From contig CAWGSU010000005.1 of NCBI GenBank assembly GCA_963825325.1, forward strand, positions 119,736 through 183,735: DNA of 64,000 bases, read 5' to 3'. A program made the position numbers and the translations under genes. Every line of letters begins with the position of its first letter. Position 1 is the stretch's first letter. This document shows, one piece after another, positions 45,265 to 54,679 of the stretch. The DNA is from an uncultured Actinomycetes bacterium. GTDB taxonomy: Bacteria; Actinomycetota; Thermoleophilia; Gaiellales; JAICJC01. The notes under the pieces are model-generated. The model saw nothing but the letters and a program-made list of their open reading frames with translations. It was not told the origin of the DNA and searched no databases.

Positions 45265-46618
45265 GCGCAGCTCGCGCTCGTACACCCGCCGCCAGATCGT
45301 CAAAGGCGCGCTCGGCACGGGCGCCGTGCTCGGGCTCTCGCCGCTTGCGGCCGCCTGCGGCAGCTCGAGCTCGTCCGGCGGCAGCAGCGCCGGCGGCAGC
45401 GGCGGCTCGATCACGATCGGCAGCTTCTCCGACCCGGCGATGGTGCCGTTCCGGGACATCTTCCTGCCCAAGTTCAAGGCCGAGACCGGCATCACCGCCA
45501 ACTACCACGAGACCAACTACAACGCCTGGTACCAGAACTCCAAGACGGACGGCCTGCAGAAGACCGGGGCCTATGACATCTACGTCATGGACGACAACTG
45601 GGTGCCGGAGTACGCCGCAGGCGGGATCGTCCAGAGCCTCGACAAGCTGGGGCTCAAGGTCAACCCGGACATCCTGGAGAAGGGGCTCGAGCAGGGCTAC
45701 TGGCCGCCCAAGTCCGGCCCGCGCCTGAAGGCATTTGCCAACGGCACGCCCGAGCTCTTCTCGCTCGTGATCATCGACGACGTCGAGATCCTGTACTACA
45801 ACAAGGACTACTTCCCGACGGCGCCTGTCACCTGGGACGACATCTACAACGTCGCGAAGACCAAGTCCCATCCGCCGAGCCTGTACGGCTGGTCGCCGCG
45901 CGGTGTCGCCGGCAACCCGATCGTGCAGACGTACCTGCCGCTGCTGAACTCCTACGGCGGCAACTTCGCCAACGACGACTGGTCGCCGGGCTTCGCCGGC
46001 CCCGAGGGCGTCGGCGCCCTCGAGCGGCTGTTCGAGTTCATCCCGTACATGCCGACGGGCGTCGCGGCGTTCGACACCAGCCAGGAAACCGCCGTCATGC
46101 TGCAGGGTCACTGCACCGCGATGACCGAGTACACCGGCACCGCGCACGTCGTCGACGATCCCACCCAGTCCAAGGTGGTCGGCAAGATCGACTTCGCCGC
46201 CACCCCGAAGCAGGTCAAGAGCGGGCCGGCCATCGGCACGTTCATCTGCGGCATCGCGTCCGGCGCGCCGAACACGGCCGGTGCGGTCAAGTTCCTCGAG
46301 TGGTTCACGTCGAGCAAGGTGCAGAAGGAGTTCGCGGGCACGGGCAGCGCCGCCGTGACCGGCTCCGCCCTGCGTGACGCGACCCTGTCGCAGAAGTACC
46401 GCTGGCTGCCGGCGATCGCAGATGCGGTCGACAACTCCATCCCCAAGCCGCGCACGCCCGACGAGCCGAAGATGGAGGACCTGCTCGGCACCGCGCTGAA
46501 CCAGGCGCTCGTGCAGGCGATCGCGCAGAAGTCCGGCTACCAGCAGATCGCGCAGAAGAACCTGACGACGGCGGCCAATCAGATCACCGCCTATCTGAAG
46601 CAGCAGGGGACCTATTAA
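45242..46618 (+). CDS. Sugar ABC substrate-binding lipoprotein with Tat signal
   Basis: 'YTRRQIVKG' twin-arginine motif, 'LAAACG' lipobox, SBP_bac_1-like body. Confidence 0.9.
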   Translation: MSDITTSERSSRSYTRRQIVKGALGTGAVLGLSPLAAACGSSSSSGGSSAGGSGGSITIGSFSDPAMVPFRDIFLPKFKAETGITANYHETNYNAWYQNSKTDGLQKTGAYDIYVMDDNWVPEYAAGGIVQSLDKLGLKVNPDILEKGLEQGYWPPKSGPRLKAFANGTPELFSLVIIDDVEILYYNKDYFPTAPVTWDDIYNVAKTKSHPPSLYGWSPRGVAGNPIVQTYLPLLNSYGGNFANDDWSPGFAGPEGVGALERLFEFIPYMPTGVAAFDTSQETAVMLQGHCTAMTEYTGTAHVVDDPTQSKVVGKIDFAATPKQVKSGPAIGTFICGIASGAPNTAGAVKFLEWFTSSKVQKEFAGTGSAAVTGSALRDATLSQKYRWLPAIADAVDNSIPKPRTPDEPKMEDLLGTALNQALVQAIAQKSGYQQIAQKNLTTAANQITAYLKQQGTY

Positions 46619-46621
46619 CGC

Positions 46622-46712
46622 GGGGGAACCCATGGTTCCCCCACGAGCCCCCTCCTTAGAGGGCGGGGGCGACATGTGGTGGTGCTCCGGCGGGAGTGCG
46701 ATCCCGCCGGAG
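46622..46712. repeat. Two intercistronic inverted repeats (REP-like hairpins)
   Basis: GGGGGAACC-CAT-GGTTCCCCC (46622-46642) and CTCCGGCGGGA-N6-TCCCGCCGGAG (46685-46712). Confidence 0.75.
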
Positions 46713-46723
46713 CCGCGGCTCAA

Positions 46724-46759
46724 CGCCAATTGGCGCACGCTGCACGCGCCAATTGGCGC
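46724..46759. repeat. Duplicated palindrome CGCCAATTGGCG
   Basis: Copies at 46724-46735 and 46747-46758. Confidence 0.7.
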
Positions 46760-46793
46760 GGGGGCGCCCTCGGCGAGGAGGGGTTGCTAGCCC

Positions 46794-47699
46794 ATGGCCC
46801 GGGCGGCAGAACGGCAGCCGCGGGTGCGGGACTGGCCGGGGAAACGGTTCCTGTCCAGCCCGTACCTCCTGCTCGTGCCGGCCGCGATCGCGCTCGCCGG
46901 CGTCTCGGTTTACCCGCTGTTCTACGGCTTTCGGGCCAGCTTCACGCACTATCTGTACGGGCGCGACTTCGGCTTCAACGGCCTCACCAACTACCGCAAC
47001 GTCTGGAACGACACATTCTTCCGCGAGGCGATGCTGACGACGGCGAAGTACGTCGTCATCTGCGTCGTCATCGAGACCATCCTCGGCCTGGCCCTGGCGC
47101 TGCTCGTCTCGCGTGAGATCCGCTTCGGCGGCCCGATCCGGGTCGGGCTGATCCTGCCGATGACGATCGCGCCCGTCGTCGTCGGCGTGATGTGGAGGCT
47201 GCTCTACGACTCCGGCGTCGGCGTGACCGACCCGCTCTTCCAGCTCTTCGGCCTCAGCCCGCCCGACGTGCTCGCCCACGACCAGAGCGCGTTCTACAGC
47301 GTGGTGCTGGTCGACGTGTGGGAGTGGACGCCGCTGATATTCCTGATCCTGCTCGCGGGGCTGCAGTCTTTGCCCCAGGAGCCGCTCGAGGCGGCGCGGG
47401 TCGACGGCGCGGGGCGCGTGCGCCTCTTCCTCGACCACACGCTGCCGATGCTTCGGCCCGTGCTGCTGGTCGCGATCGTCCTGCGCACGATCGACGCGAT
47501 CGGCACCTTCGACCAGATCTACGTGCTCACCCAGGGAGGGCCCGGCACGGCCACACGTCTGATCTCGATCTATGCGTACAACACGGCCTTCCTGTTCACG
47601 CAGTACGGCCAGGCGGCGGCGATGCTGATCTCGCTGCTCGCGATGGTGATGCTGCTCATGATCGTTGCCGTGCGGATGATGAGGAAGGCGGCGGCGTGA
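46794..47699 (+). CDS. Carbohydrate ABC permease (MalF type)
   Basis: 'EAARVDGA' EAA motif; six TM helices. Confidence 0.93.
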   Translation: MARAAERQPRVRDWPGKRFLSSPYLLLVPAAIALAGVSVYPLFYGFRASFTHYLYGRDFGFNGLTNYRNVWNDTFFREAMLTTAKYVVICVVIETILGLALALLVSREIRFGGPIRVGLILPMTIAPVVVGVMWRLLYDSGVGVTDPLFQLFGLSPPDVLAHDQSAFYSVVLVDVWEWTPLIFLILLAGLQSLPQEPLEAARVDGAGRVRLFLDHTLPMLRPVLLVAIVLRTIDAIGTFDQIYVLTQGGPGTATRLISIYAYNTAFLFTQYGQAAAMLISLLAMVMLLMIVAVRMMRKAAA

Positions 47700-48523
47700 G
47701 GCGGCGCCTGCCTCGGATCGGGTTCTACCTGACGATCGCCCTGATCCTCGTGATCGCGATCTTCCCGTTCTACTGGATGGTCGACACGTCGTTCAAGCAG
47801 CCGGTCGACATCTTCGGCGGCGTGACGCTCTACCCGCACAATCCGACCACGGCCAACTATTCGCGCCTGTTCAACACCTACCACTTCGGGTCGTACCTCG
47901 AGAACAGCCTGATCATCGTCACGGTCGCGGTCGCGATCAGCCTCGCCATCGGCACGGTGGCGGCGTACGCGCTCGCACGCTTCCGCATGGGCTTCGGCCT
48001 CAACCAGTCGGCGCTCGTCGTGGCCCTGCTGGTGCGGATGATCCCGGGCATCCTGCTCGTGATCCCGCTCTACATCACGCTCGCCCAGTGGGGGCTCCTC
48101 GACACGCGCCTCGGGCTGATCCTGATCTACTCCGGCCTGAACACGGCCTTCGTGATCTGGATGATGCAGAGCTTCCTGGCCGAGATCCCGCGCGACATCG
48201 AGGAGGCGGCGATGGTCGACGGCGACTCGCGGCTCTCGGCGCTGATCCGCGTGGTGCTCCCGCTGGCCGCGCCGGGCCTGGCGGCGACGGCGATCTTCAG
48301 CGTCATCGTCACGTACAACGACTTCCTGATCGCGCTCTCGCTGACCTCGACGCCGAATGCGCAGACCGTGCCCGTCGGGGTGTCGACCCTGATCGGCAAG
48401 ATCCAGATCGAGTACGGCCCGATGGCGGCCGCCGGCGTGATCGGCGCGCTCCCGATCGTGATCTTCGCCCTGGTGGTGCAGCGCCACTTCGTGCGCGGGC
48501 TCACCCTCGGAGCGGTCAAGTGA
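47696..48523 (+). CDS. Carbohydrate ABC permease (MalG type)
   Basis: 'IEEAAMVDG', 'PLAAPGL'. Confidence 0.93.
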   Translation: MRRRLPRIGFYLTIALILVIAIFPFYWMVDTSFKQPVDIFGGVTLYPHNPTTANYSRLFNTYHFGSYLENSLIIVTVAVAISLAIGTVAAYALARFRMGFGLNQSALVVALLVRMIPGILLVIPLYITLAQWGLLDTRLGLILIYSGLNTAFVIWMMQSFLAEIPRDIEEAAMVDGDSRLSALIRVVLPLAAPGLAATAIFSVIVTYNDFLIALSLTSTPNAQTVPVGVSTLIGKIQIEYGPMAAAGVIGALPIVIFALVVQRHFVRGLTLGAVK

Positions 48524-50391
48524 CGAGCGTGCGGAGGACGACTGCGCAGGCGCTGATCGCGTTCCTTGCCGCCCAGCAGGTCGAGCGCGACGGCGCGACG
48601 GCGCCGCTCTTCGCCGGCGTGCTCGGGATCTTCGGCCACGGCAACGTCGCCGGCGTCGGCCAGGCGCTGCAGCAGCACGGCGGCCTGCGCTACGTGCTGC
48701 CGCGCAACGAGCAGGCGATGGTGCACACCGCCGTCGCCTACGCCCGCCACCGCAATCGCCTGCAGACGTGGGCGTGCACGTCCTCGATCGGCCCCGGCGC
48801 CACCAACATGGTCACCGGCGCGGCCCTTGCCACGATCAACCGCCTGCCCGTGCTGCTCCTGCCGGGTGACGTGTTCGCCTCGCGGCGCGTGAACCCGGCG
48901 CTGCAGCAGCTCGAGCTGCCCGGCGCGCCGGATGCGTCGGTGAACGACGCGTTCCGCCCGGTCAGCCGCTTCTTCGACCGCGTCAACCGCCCCGATCAGC
49001 TGCAGGCCTCGCTGCTCGAGGCGATGCGGGTGCTGACCGACCAGGCCGAGACCGGCGCGGTCACGCTGGCGCTGCCCCAGGACGTGCAGGCCGAGGCGCA
49101 CGACTACCCCGCCGAGCTGTTCGCGCGGCGAGTGTGGCGGATCGCGCGGCCGGCACCCGACCCGGCCGCGGTGCGCGCCGCCGCCGAGCTCGTGCGGGGC
49201 GCGCGGCGGCCGCTGATCGTGGCCGGCGGCGGGGTCATCTACGCCGAGGCGACGGCCGCCCTGCGCGCGTTCGCCGACGCGACCGGCATCCCCGTCGCCG
49301 AGACGCAGGCCGGCAAGGGGTCGCTTCCCTACGACCATCCCGGTGCCCTCGGCGCCGTCGGCGCGACCGGCACCCGCGCGGCCAATCTGGTCGCTCGCGA
49401 CGCCGACGTGGTGATCGCGATCGGGACGCGCCTGGGCGACTTCACGACCGCGTCGCGCACCGCCTTCCAGGATCCGGACGTGCGCCTCGTGGGGCTGAAC
49501 GTCGCCGCCTTCGACGCCGGAAAGCTCGGCGCGCTGCCGCTCGTCGGCGATGCCCGCGCGGGCATCGAGGCGCTCACCGCCGCCCTCGCCGGCCACCGCG
49601 TCGAGCCCGACCACGCCGAGCGCGCCGCCCGGCTCGCGCGGGAGTGGGACGCAGAGGTGGAGCGGCTCTACATCGGTGAGCCCGGCCCCGTCGGCCAGGC
49701 CCAGGTGATCGGCGCGGTGAACCGCTCGACGGAGCCGCAGGACGTGGTCGTCTGCGCCGCCGGCAGCCTGCCGGGCGACCTGCACAAGCTCTGGCGCACG
49801 CGCGATCCCAAGGGCTACCACGTCGAGTACGGCTACTCGTGCATGGGCTACGAGGTCGCCGGAGGGCTGGGCGTGAAGCTGGCCGATCCCGGCCGCGAGG
49901 TGATCGTGATGGTCGGCGACGGCTCGTGGCTCATGATGTCCTCCGAGATCGCGACGTCGATCCAGGAGGGCGTGCGGCTGACCGTCGTCCTGATCGACAA
50001 CCGCGGTTTCGGCTCGATCGGCGGCCTGTCGCGGTCGCTCGGATCCGAGGGTTTCGGCACCGCCTACCGCAGGCGCGGGGCCGACGGCGGCCTCTCCGGT
50101 GGGCCGCTCGAGCTCGACCTGGCCGCCAACGCCGCCAGCCTGGGTGCACACGGCGTGCGCGTCTCCTCGGTGGACGAGCTCGCCGATGCACTGCGCGACG
50201 CTCGCGCGGCCGACCGCACCACCGTGATCGTGATCGAGTGCGACCCGAGCCGCGGCGTCGGCGCCTACGAGTCGTGGTGGGACGTGCCCGTGGCCGAGGT
50301 GTCGACCATGCCGGCCGTCGCGCAGGCACGCGCGGACTACGAGCGCGAACGGGCCCGCGAACGCGCATTCCCGGGGGGTGGGCATGGCTGA
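48520..50391 (+). CDS. iolD: 3D-(3,5/4)-trihydroxycyclohexane-1,2-dione acylhydrolase
   Basis: 'GIFGHGNVAG', 'RNEQAMVHTA', 'SSIGPGATNM', 'EYGYSCMGYE', 'GDGSWLM'. Confidence 0.95.
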   Translation: MTSVRRTTAQALIAFLAAQQVERDGATAPLFAGVLGIFGHGNVAGVGQALQQHGGLRYVLPRNEQAMVHTAVAYARHRNRLQTWACTSSIGPGATNMVTGAALATINRLPVLLLPGDVFASRRVNPALQQLELPGAPDASVNDAFRPVSRFFDRVNRPDQLQASLLEAMRVLTDQAETGAVTLALPQDVQAEAHDYPAELFARRVWRIARPAPDPAAVRAAAELVRGARRPLIVAGGGVIYAEATAALRAFADATGIPVAETQAGKGSLPYDHPGALGAVGATGTRAANLVARDADVVIAIGTRLGDFTTASRTAFQDPDVRLVGLNVAAFDAGKLGALPLVGDARAGIEALTAALAGHRVEPDHAERAARLAREWDAEVERLYIGEPGPVGQAQVIGAVNRSTEPQDVVVCAAGSLPGDLHKLWRTRDPKGYHVEYGYSCMGYEVAGGLGVKLADPGREVIVMVGDGSWLMMSSEIATSIQEGVRLTVVLIDNRGFGSIGGLSRSLGSEGFGTAYRRRGADGGLSGGPLELDLAANAASLGAHGVRVSSVDELADALRDARAADRTTVIVIECDPSRGVGAYESWWDVPVAEVSTMPAVAQARADYERERARERAFPGGGHG

Positions 50392-51493
50392 GCGGCCTGT
50401 GAGGATCGGCGTGATCGGCGCGGGCATGATCGCCCAGGTCGAGCACATCCCCAACCTCCTGCACCTGGCGGAGCGGTTCGAGCTCGCCGGTGTGGCCGAC
50501 CCGTCGGCGATCGTGCGCTCGGCGATCGCCGAGCGCTACGGCGTGCGCGGTTTCGCGACCGCCGCCGAGCTCATGGCCGAGCCGCTCGATGCCGTGCTCG
50601 TCGCCGTTCCCGACCCGCTCCACGCGACGACCGTGCTCGCGGCGCTCGAGGCCGGCCTGCACGTCTTCTGCGAGAAGCCGCTCTGCTTCACCGAGGCCGA
50701 GGGCGCCGCGATCGCCGCGGCGCGCGACCGCGCCGGCCGCGTCGTCCAGGTGGGCTACATGAAGCGGTTTGATCCCAACTACGAGGCCGCCCTCGCCTAC
50801 CTGCCCGAGGGAGGTGAGGGCCTGCGCTACATCGCGGTCGAGGTGTCCGACCCCGACTCGTGGCCGTTCGTCGCCCATCGCCCGCTCGTGCGCCCCGACG
50901 ACGTGCCGGCCGACCTGATCGCCGACACGCGCACGCGCCAGCGCGCGCAGGCGGCCGAGGCGCTCGGGGTTGCGGTCGACGGAGCCGCCCTGCGTGGCTA
51001 CTGCGACCCGCTCATGTCCGGCGTCGTGCACTGCGTCAACTCCATCCACGGCATGCTCGACCACATGGGGGTGGCGCCGGGCGCAGTCGTCGGCGGCCAG
51101 ATCTTCGCCGGCGGCGAGGGCGCGGCCGGCACCGTGTCGCTGCTCGGTGGGGGCGCACTCTGGCACCTCGTCCAGGTGCTCGTGCCCGATGTCGGCTGGT
51201 ACCGCGAGCGCTACACGCTGCACTTCTCCGACCGCGTCGTCGAGCTCGAGTTCCCGTCGCCGTATCTGAACAACCAGCAGACCGACCTCTGGGTGCGCCG
51301 CTCCGACGGGCTGCGGCTCGACACGCTGCACGTGCAGGCCGGCTACGGGGAGGCGTTCGTGCGCGAGCTCGAGGGGTTCTGGGCGGCGGCGGTCGAGGGC
51401 GCCCCGGTGCGCAACACGGTCGAGGACGCCATGCGCGACGCGCGCCTGCTGACCGAGATCGCCCGCCACGCGATCCGGGGCATGCCGGCGTGA
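50384..51493 (+). CDS. Gfo/Idh/MocA oxidoreductase (possible inositol dehydrogenase)
   Basis: 'IGAGMIAQVEH', 'HVFCEKP', 'QVGYMKRFDP'. Confidence 0.88.
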   Translation: MAERPVRIGVIGAGMIAQVEHIPNLLHLAERFELAGVADPSAIVRSAIAERYGVRGFATAAELMAEPLDAVLVAVPDPLHATTVLAALEAGLHVFCEKPLCFTEAEGAAIAAARDRAGRVVQVGYMKRFDPNYEAALAYLPEGGEGLRYIAVEVSDPDSWPFVAHRPLVRPDDVPADLIADTRTRQRAQAAEALGVAVDGAALRGYCDPLMSGVVHCVNSIHGMLDHMGVAPGAVVGGQIFAGGEGAAGTVSLLGGGALWHLVQVLVPDVGWYRERYTLHFSDRVVELEFPSPYLNNQQTDLWVRRSDGLRLDTLHVQAGYGEAFVRELEGFWAAAVEGAPVRNTVEDAMRDARLLTEIARHAIRGMPA

Positions 51494-52434
51494 CCGGCCA
51501 CATGCACTCGGCCCAGCGCGCGCGGGCGCTCGACCGGCTTGCGTCGCCGAGCGGCGTGATCACCGGCGCGGCCTGCGACCATCGCGACTCGCTCCAGGCG
51601 GTGCTCGCAAAGCGCGGGCTCGAGCTGGACGATGCCGGCATCACCGAGCTCAAGCTGCGCGTCGCCTCGGTGCTCGCGCCGGCCGCCACGATGATCCTGC
51701 TCGACGCCGAGTACGCCGCGGCGCAGGCGATCGCCGCCGGGGCGATTCCGGGCGCGACCGCGCTCGTCGTCCCGCTCGAGGCGATGGGCTACGGCGATGT
51801 GGCGAAGGTCGCGCAGACGGCCTTCCTGGAAGGCTGGTCGCCTCAGAAGGCGCGGCGCCTGGGCGCCTCGGGGGCGAAGCTGCTTCTGCCCTACCGCGCC
51901 GACGTGCCCGACCAGGCCGCCCGCCAGGAGGACGTCGTGCGCACGGCGGTCGCCGGCTGCCGCGATGCCGGGCTCGCGCTGATCGTCGAGCCGATCGTGT
52001 ACCGCCGCGACGGCGAGGAGACGGCCGGCGGCGGCCGCTTCGCCGAGCTCGTCACCGAGGGCGCCCGCCGCCTGGCCGCGCTCGAGCCAGACGTGCTCAA
52101 GCTGCAGTACCCGGGCTCGGCGGATGCCTGCCGGGTCCTCGACGAGGCCTGCGGGCGGGCGGTCCCCTGGGTGCTGCTCGGCGGTGGCGCGAGCGAGGAC
52201 GTGATCGGCGGCCAGATCGAGGACGCCTGCCGCGCCGGGGCGAGCGGCTTCATCGTCGGCCGCACGCTGTTCGACGCCGGCCTCGTGGTCGACCCGGACG
52301 AGTCGCGGCGGGCGCTGCTCGAGCGCTCGCGGCCGCTGCTCGAGCGGCTCGCGGCGATCGCCGAGCGGCTCGCGCTGCCGTGGCGGGAGCGCGTCGGCGC
52401 GCTGCCCCAGCCGCAGCGCGAGTGGTACCGCTGA
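51490..52434 (+). CDS. Class I aldolase, LacD/tagatose-bisphosphate aldolase-like
   Basis: 'ACDHRDSL', 'ILLDAEY', 'AKLLLPY', 'DVLKLQYP', 'GASGFIVGRTLF'. Confidence 0.78.
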   Translation: MTGHMHSAQRARALDRLASPSGVITGAACDHRDSLQAVLAKRGLELDDAGITELKLRVASVLAPAATMILLDAEYAAAQAIAAGAIPGATALVVPLEAMGYGDVAKVAQTAFLEGWSPQKARRLGASGAKLLLPYRADVPDQAARQEDVVRTAVAGCRDAGLALIVEPIVYRRDGEETAGGGRFAELVTEGARRLAALEPDVLKLQYPGSADACRVLDEACGRAVPWVLLGGGASEDVIGGQIEDACRAGASGFIVGRTLFDAGLVVDPDESRRALLERSRPLLERLAAIAERLALPWRERVGALPQPQREWYR

Positions 52435-52494
52435 GACACGCGCCGCTCGCGCCGATAACAGGGGTGACGTCGTCGTGCGCGCCGCCGGGAGGCA

Positions 52495-53049
52495 ATGACC
52501 CTGCTCGTCTGGATGATGATCCTGGTGCCGTTCGCCCTGGCCTGTGCCGAGGCGCTCTCGGCCCGTGTCGACCGGCTCGCCGAATGTGAGCTTCGCCGCC
52601 GCGCGGCCGCCGCGGACGCGAGGAGCGCCGCCCGGCTCCTGCGCCACGCCGCCACCCGCCGGCGGATGGCGTGGCGGGTCGCGCTTGCCGACATGACCGG
52701 CGAGCTCGGCTTCGTCACCTTCTGGGCCGCGCGCCAGCTCGGCTGGCCGAGCGCCGTCGCCTACGCCGGCGCGGGCATCGTTGCCGTCGCGATCGTGCTC
52801 GTGGTCGCGCTGCGCAGCGCCTCCCGGCAGCTCTCGCTCGAGCAGATCGACAGCCTGATCGCGCAGTATGACGCCGGCCACTACGACGTCACCATGCGCT
52901 CCCGGGTGACCTACCGGCCGCGGCCGTCCGAGCTCGCGCGGCTGGTGATCCGCCACTGGCAGGTCGCGCTGATGCGCCGCACCGCCCGCCGCCGGCGCGA
53001 GCTGCGCACCAACCGGCGCCTGTCGGTGCACGTCCGCAACGACCGCTGA
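52495..53049 (+). CDS. Hypothetical membrane protein
   Basis: GGAGG just upstream; two to three hydrophobic segments, Arg-rich C-terminus; fills the gap between convergent genes. Confidence 0.45.
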   Translation: MTLLVWMMILVPFALACAEALSARVDRLAECELRRRAAAADARSAARLLRHAATRRRMAWRVALADMTGELGFVTFWAARQLGWPSAVAYAGAGIVAVAIVLVVALRSASRQLSLEQIDSLIAQYDAGHYDVTMRSRVTYRPRPSELARLVIRHWQVALMRRTARRRRELRTNRRLSVHVRNDR

Positions 53050-53083
53050 CGGCCCGACCGGGGGCAGACCCTCGCGGTGCGGT

Positions 53084-54229
53084 CTACCCGTTTGGGGCGA
53101 CGAGCACCTTCATCGCCGCACCTGTCTGGGCGAGCTCGAGCGCGTCGCCGACGCCGTCGAGCCCGACCCTGTGGGTGATGGCACGCGCGAACGGCAGCCG
53201 GCCCTGGTGCCGGGCGAGCATGTCGAGCGACGGCTGATACTGGTCGAGCGTCTCGCCGCCCACCCCGAGGATCGTCACGCCCTTGATGCACACATGGCTG
53301 TTCGGGTTGATCGGCACCGGCCCCATGTCGACGAACGCGCCCGCCTCGATCACGGTGCCGCCCGGTCGCACGAGGTCGAGCGCCTCGATCAGGCTGGTCG
53401 CCTGGCCCGAGCAGCTGCAGACGACGTCGGCGCCCAGGCCGCCGGTGGCCGCTCGCACGGCCTCCAGCCGCTCGTTCACCGACATCCGCGCTGCGTCCAG
53501 GACGAGGCCCGCGCCAAACGCGCGGGCGTGCTCGAGCCGCTCGGTCATGACGTCGACCGCGATCAGGGCGCCCGCGCCCATCATCTCGGCCTTGGCCAGG
53601 TGCATCAGCCCGAGCGGCCCGACGCCGAGCACCAGCACGGTGTCGCCGAATCCGAAGCCGCCCGGAAGCGCCCGCGCGCGGTCAAGGCCGTTCGTGACGG
53701 CGAGGATCTCGGTCAGCGCCGCGAGCTCGGACGGGAGCGAATCGGGGACGCGGAAGAGGCGGGTGCCCGGCAACAGGTACATCAGCTCCGACCAGCCGCC
53801 GAACAGGTGCGGCGGGTCGGCGCACGTGAGCGAGTTGCCGTAGTCCTCGAGGGCGGTGCACAGGTAGTACGGGTATCCCTGGCCGAGGCAGAAGCGGCAT
53901 CGGCCGCAGGTGAGGTTGGGCGCCGGGACGACGCGGTCGCCGACCGCAAACGGCCGCCCGTTCGCGTCGGCGGGCGGCTCGCCCGGCCCGATCGCCTCGA
54001 TCAGCCCGACGTTCTCGTGCCCGCAGATGAGCGGGTATGCGGCGTCGCGCTCGTGGTCGGTGCCCGCGTACTGCAGGCTCTCGCCGCGCCACGTGTGCTT
54101 GTCGGTGCCGCAGATGCCCGAGAACTGCATCCGCAGGAGCACCGCACCCGGGCCCGGGTCGGGCGCGGGGAACGTCTCGACCGCGAACCGGCCGGGGGCG
54201 TGGACGACGGCGGCGCGGACCCGGCTCAC
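53084..54229 (-). CDS. Zinc-dependent alcohol dehydrogenase (MDR family)
   Basis: 'GICGTDKH', 'GHENVG', 'CGRCRFC', 'GVGPLG'. Confidence 0.9.
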   Translation of the reverse strand: MSRVRAAVVHAPGRFAVETFPAPDPGPGAVLLRMQFSGICGTDKHTWRGESLQYAGTDHERDAAYPLICGHENVGLIEAIGPGEPPADANGRPFAVGDRVVPAPNLTCGRCRFCLGQGYPYYLCTALEDYGNSLTCADPPHLFGGWSELMYLLPGTRLFRVPDSLPSELAALTEILAVTNGLDRARALPGGFGFGDTVLVLGVGPLGLMHLAKAEMMGAGALIAVDVMTERLEHARAFGAGLVLDAARMSVNERLEAVRAATGGLGADVVCSCSGQATSLIEALDLVRPGGTVIEAGAFVDMGPVPINPNSHVCIKGVTILGVGGETLDQYQPSLDMLARHQGRLPFARAITHRVGLDGVGDALELAQTGAAMKVLVAPNG

Positions 54230-54234
54230 GGCGG

Positions 54235-54618
54235 CTACGACCGGCGCGGGGCGTAGCGGTGGTGCAGCATGAGCACGTTGCCGTCCGGATCTGCGAACAC
54301 CGCCATGTGGCAGACGCCGGTGTCGATCGTCTCGCCCATGAACCGCACGCCGCGGCCCTCGAGCTCGGCCCGGGCGGCTGCGACGTCGGCGACATGGAGC
54401 GCGACCGGGTGCGTGCGGGCCTGGAACTCCAGGCCGTGGGCCGCCGAGTCGATCACCTGCAGCGTCAGGTTGCCGGTCTCGAACTCGGCACCGGGGGCGT
54501 GGCTGTAGGTCGCCGTGCACTCCAGGCCGAGCGTCCCCGCGTAGAACGCGGTGGCCGCCTCGATGTCGCGCGTGGCCACCGAGAGGAAGTCGACTCCGGT
54601 GACGGTGGACGAGCTCAC
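54235..54618 (-). CDS. VOC/glyoxalase family protein
   Basis: 'ATRDIEAATAFY', 'VALHVADV', 'FADPDGNVLMLH'. Confidence 0.88.
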   Translation of the reverse strand: MSSSTVTGVDFLSVATRDIEAATAFYAGTLGLECTATYSHAPGAEFETGNLTLQVIDSAAHGLEFQARTHPVALHVADVAAARAELEGRGVRFMGETIDTGVCHMAVFADPDGNVLMLHHRYAPRRS

Positions 54619-54679
54619 GCGGCGAGGTTATCAGGCCGCCCGCCGCGGCAATGCGGCTCGCGCTGGCATGATGCGGCCG

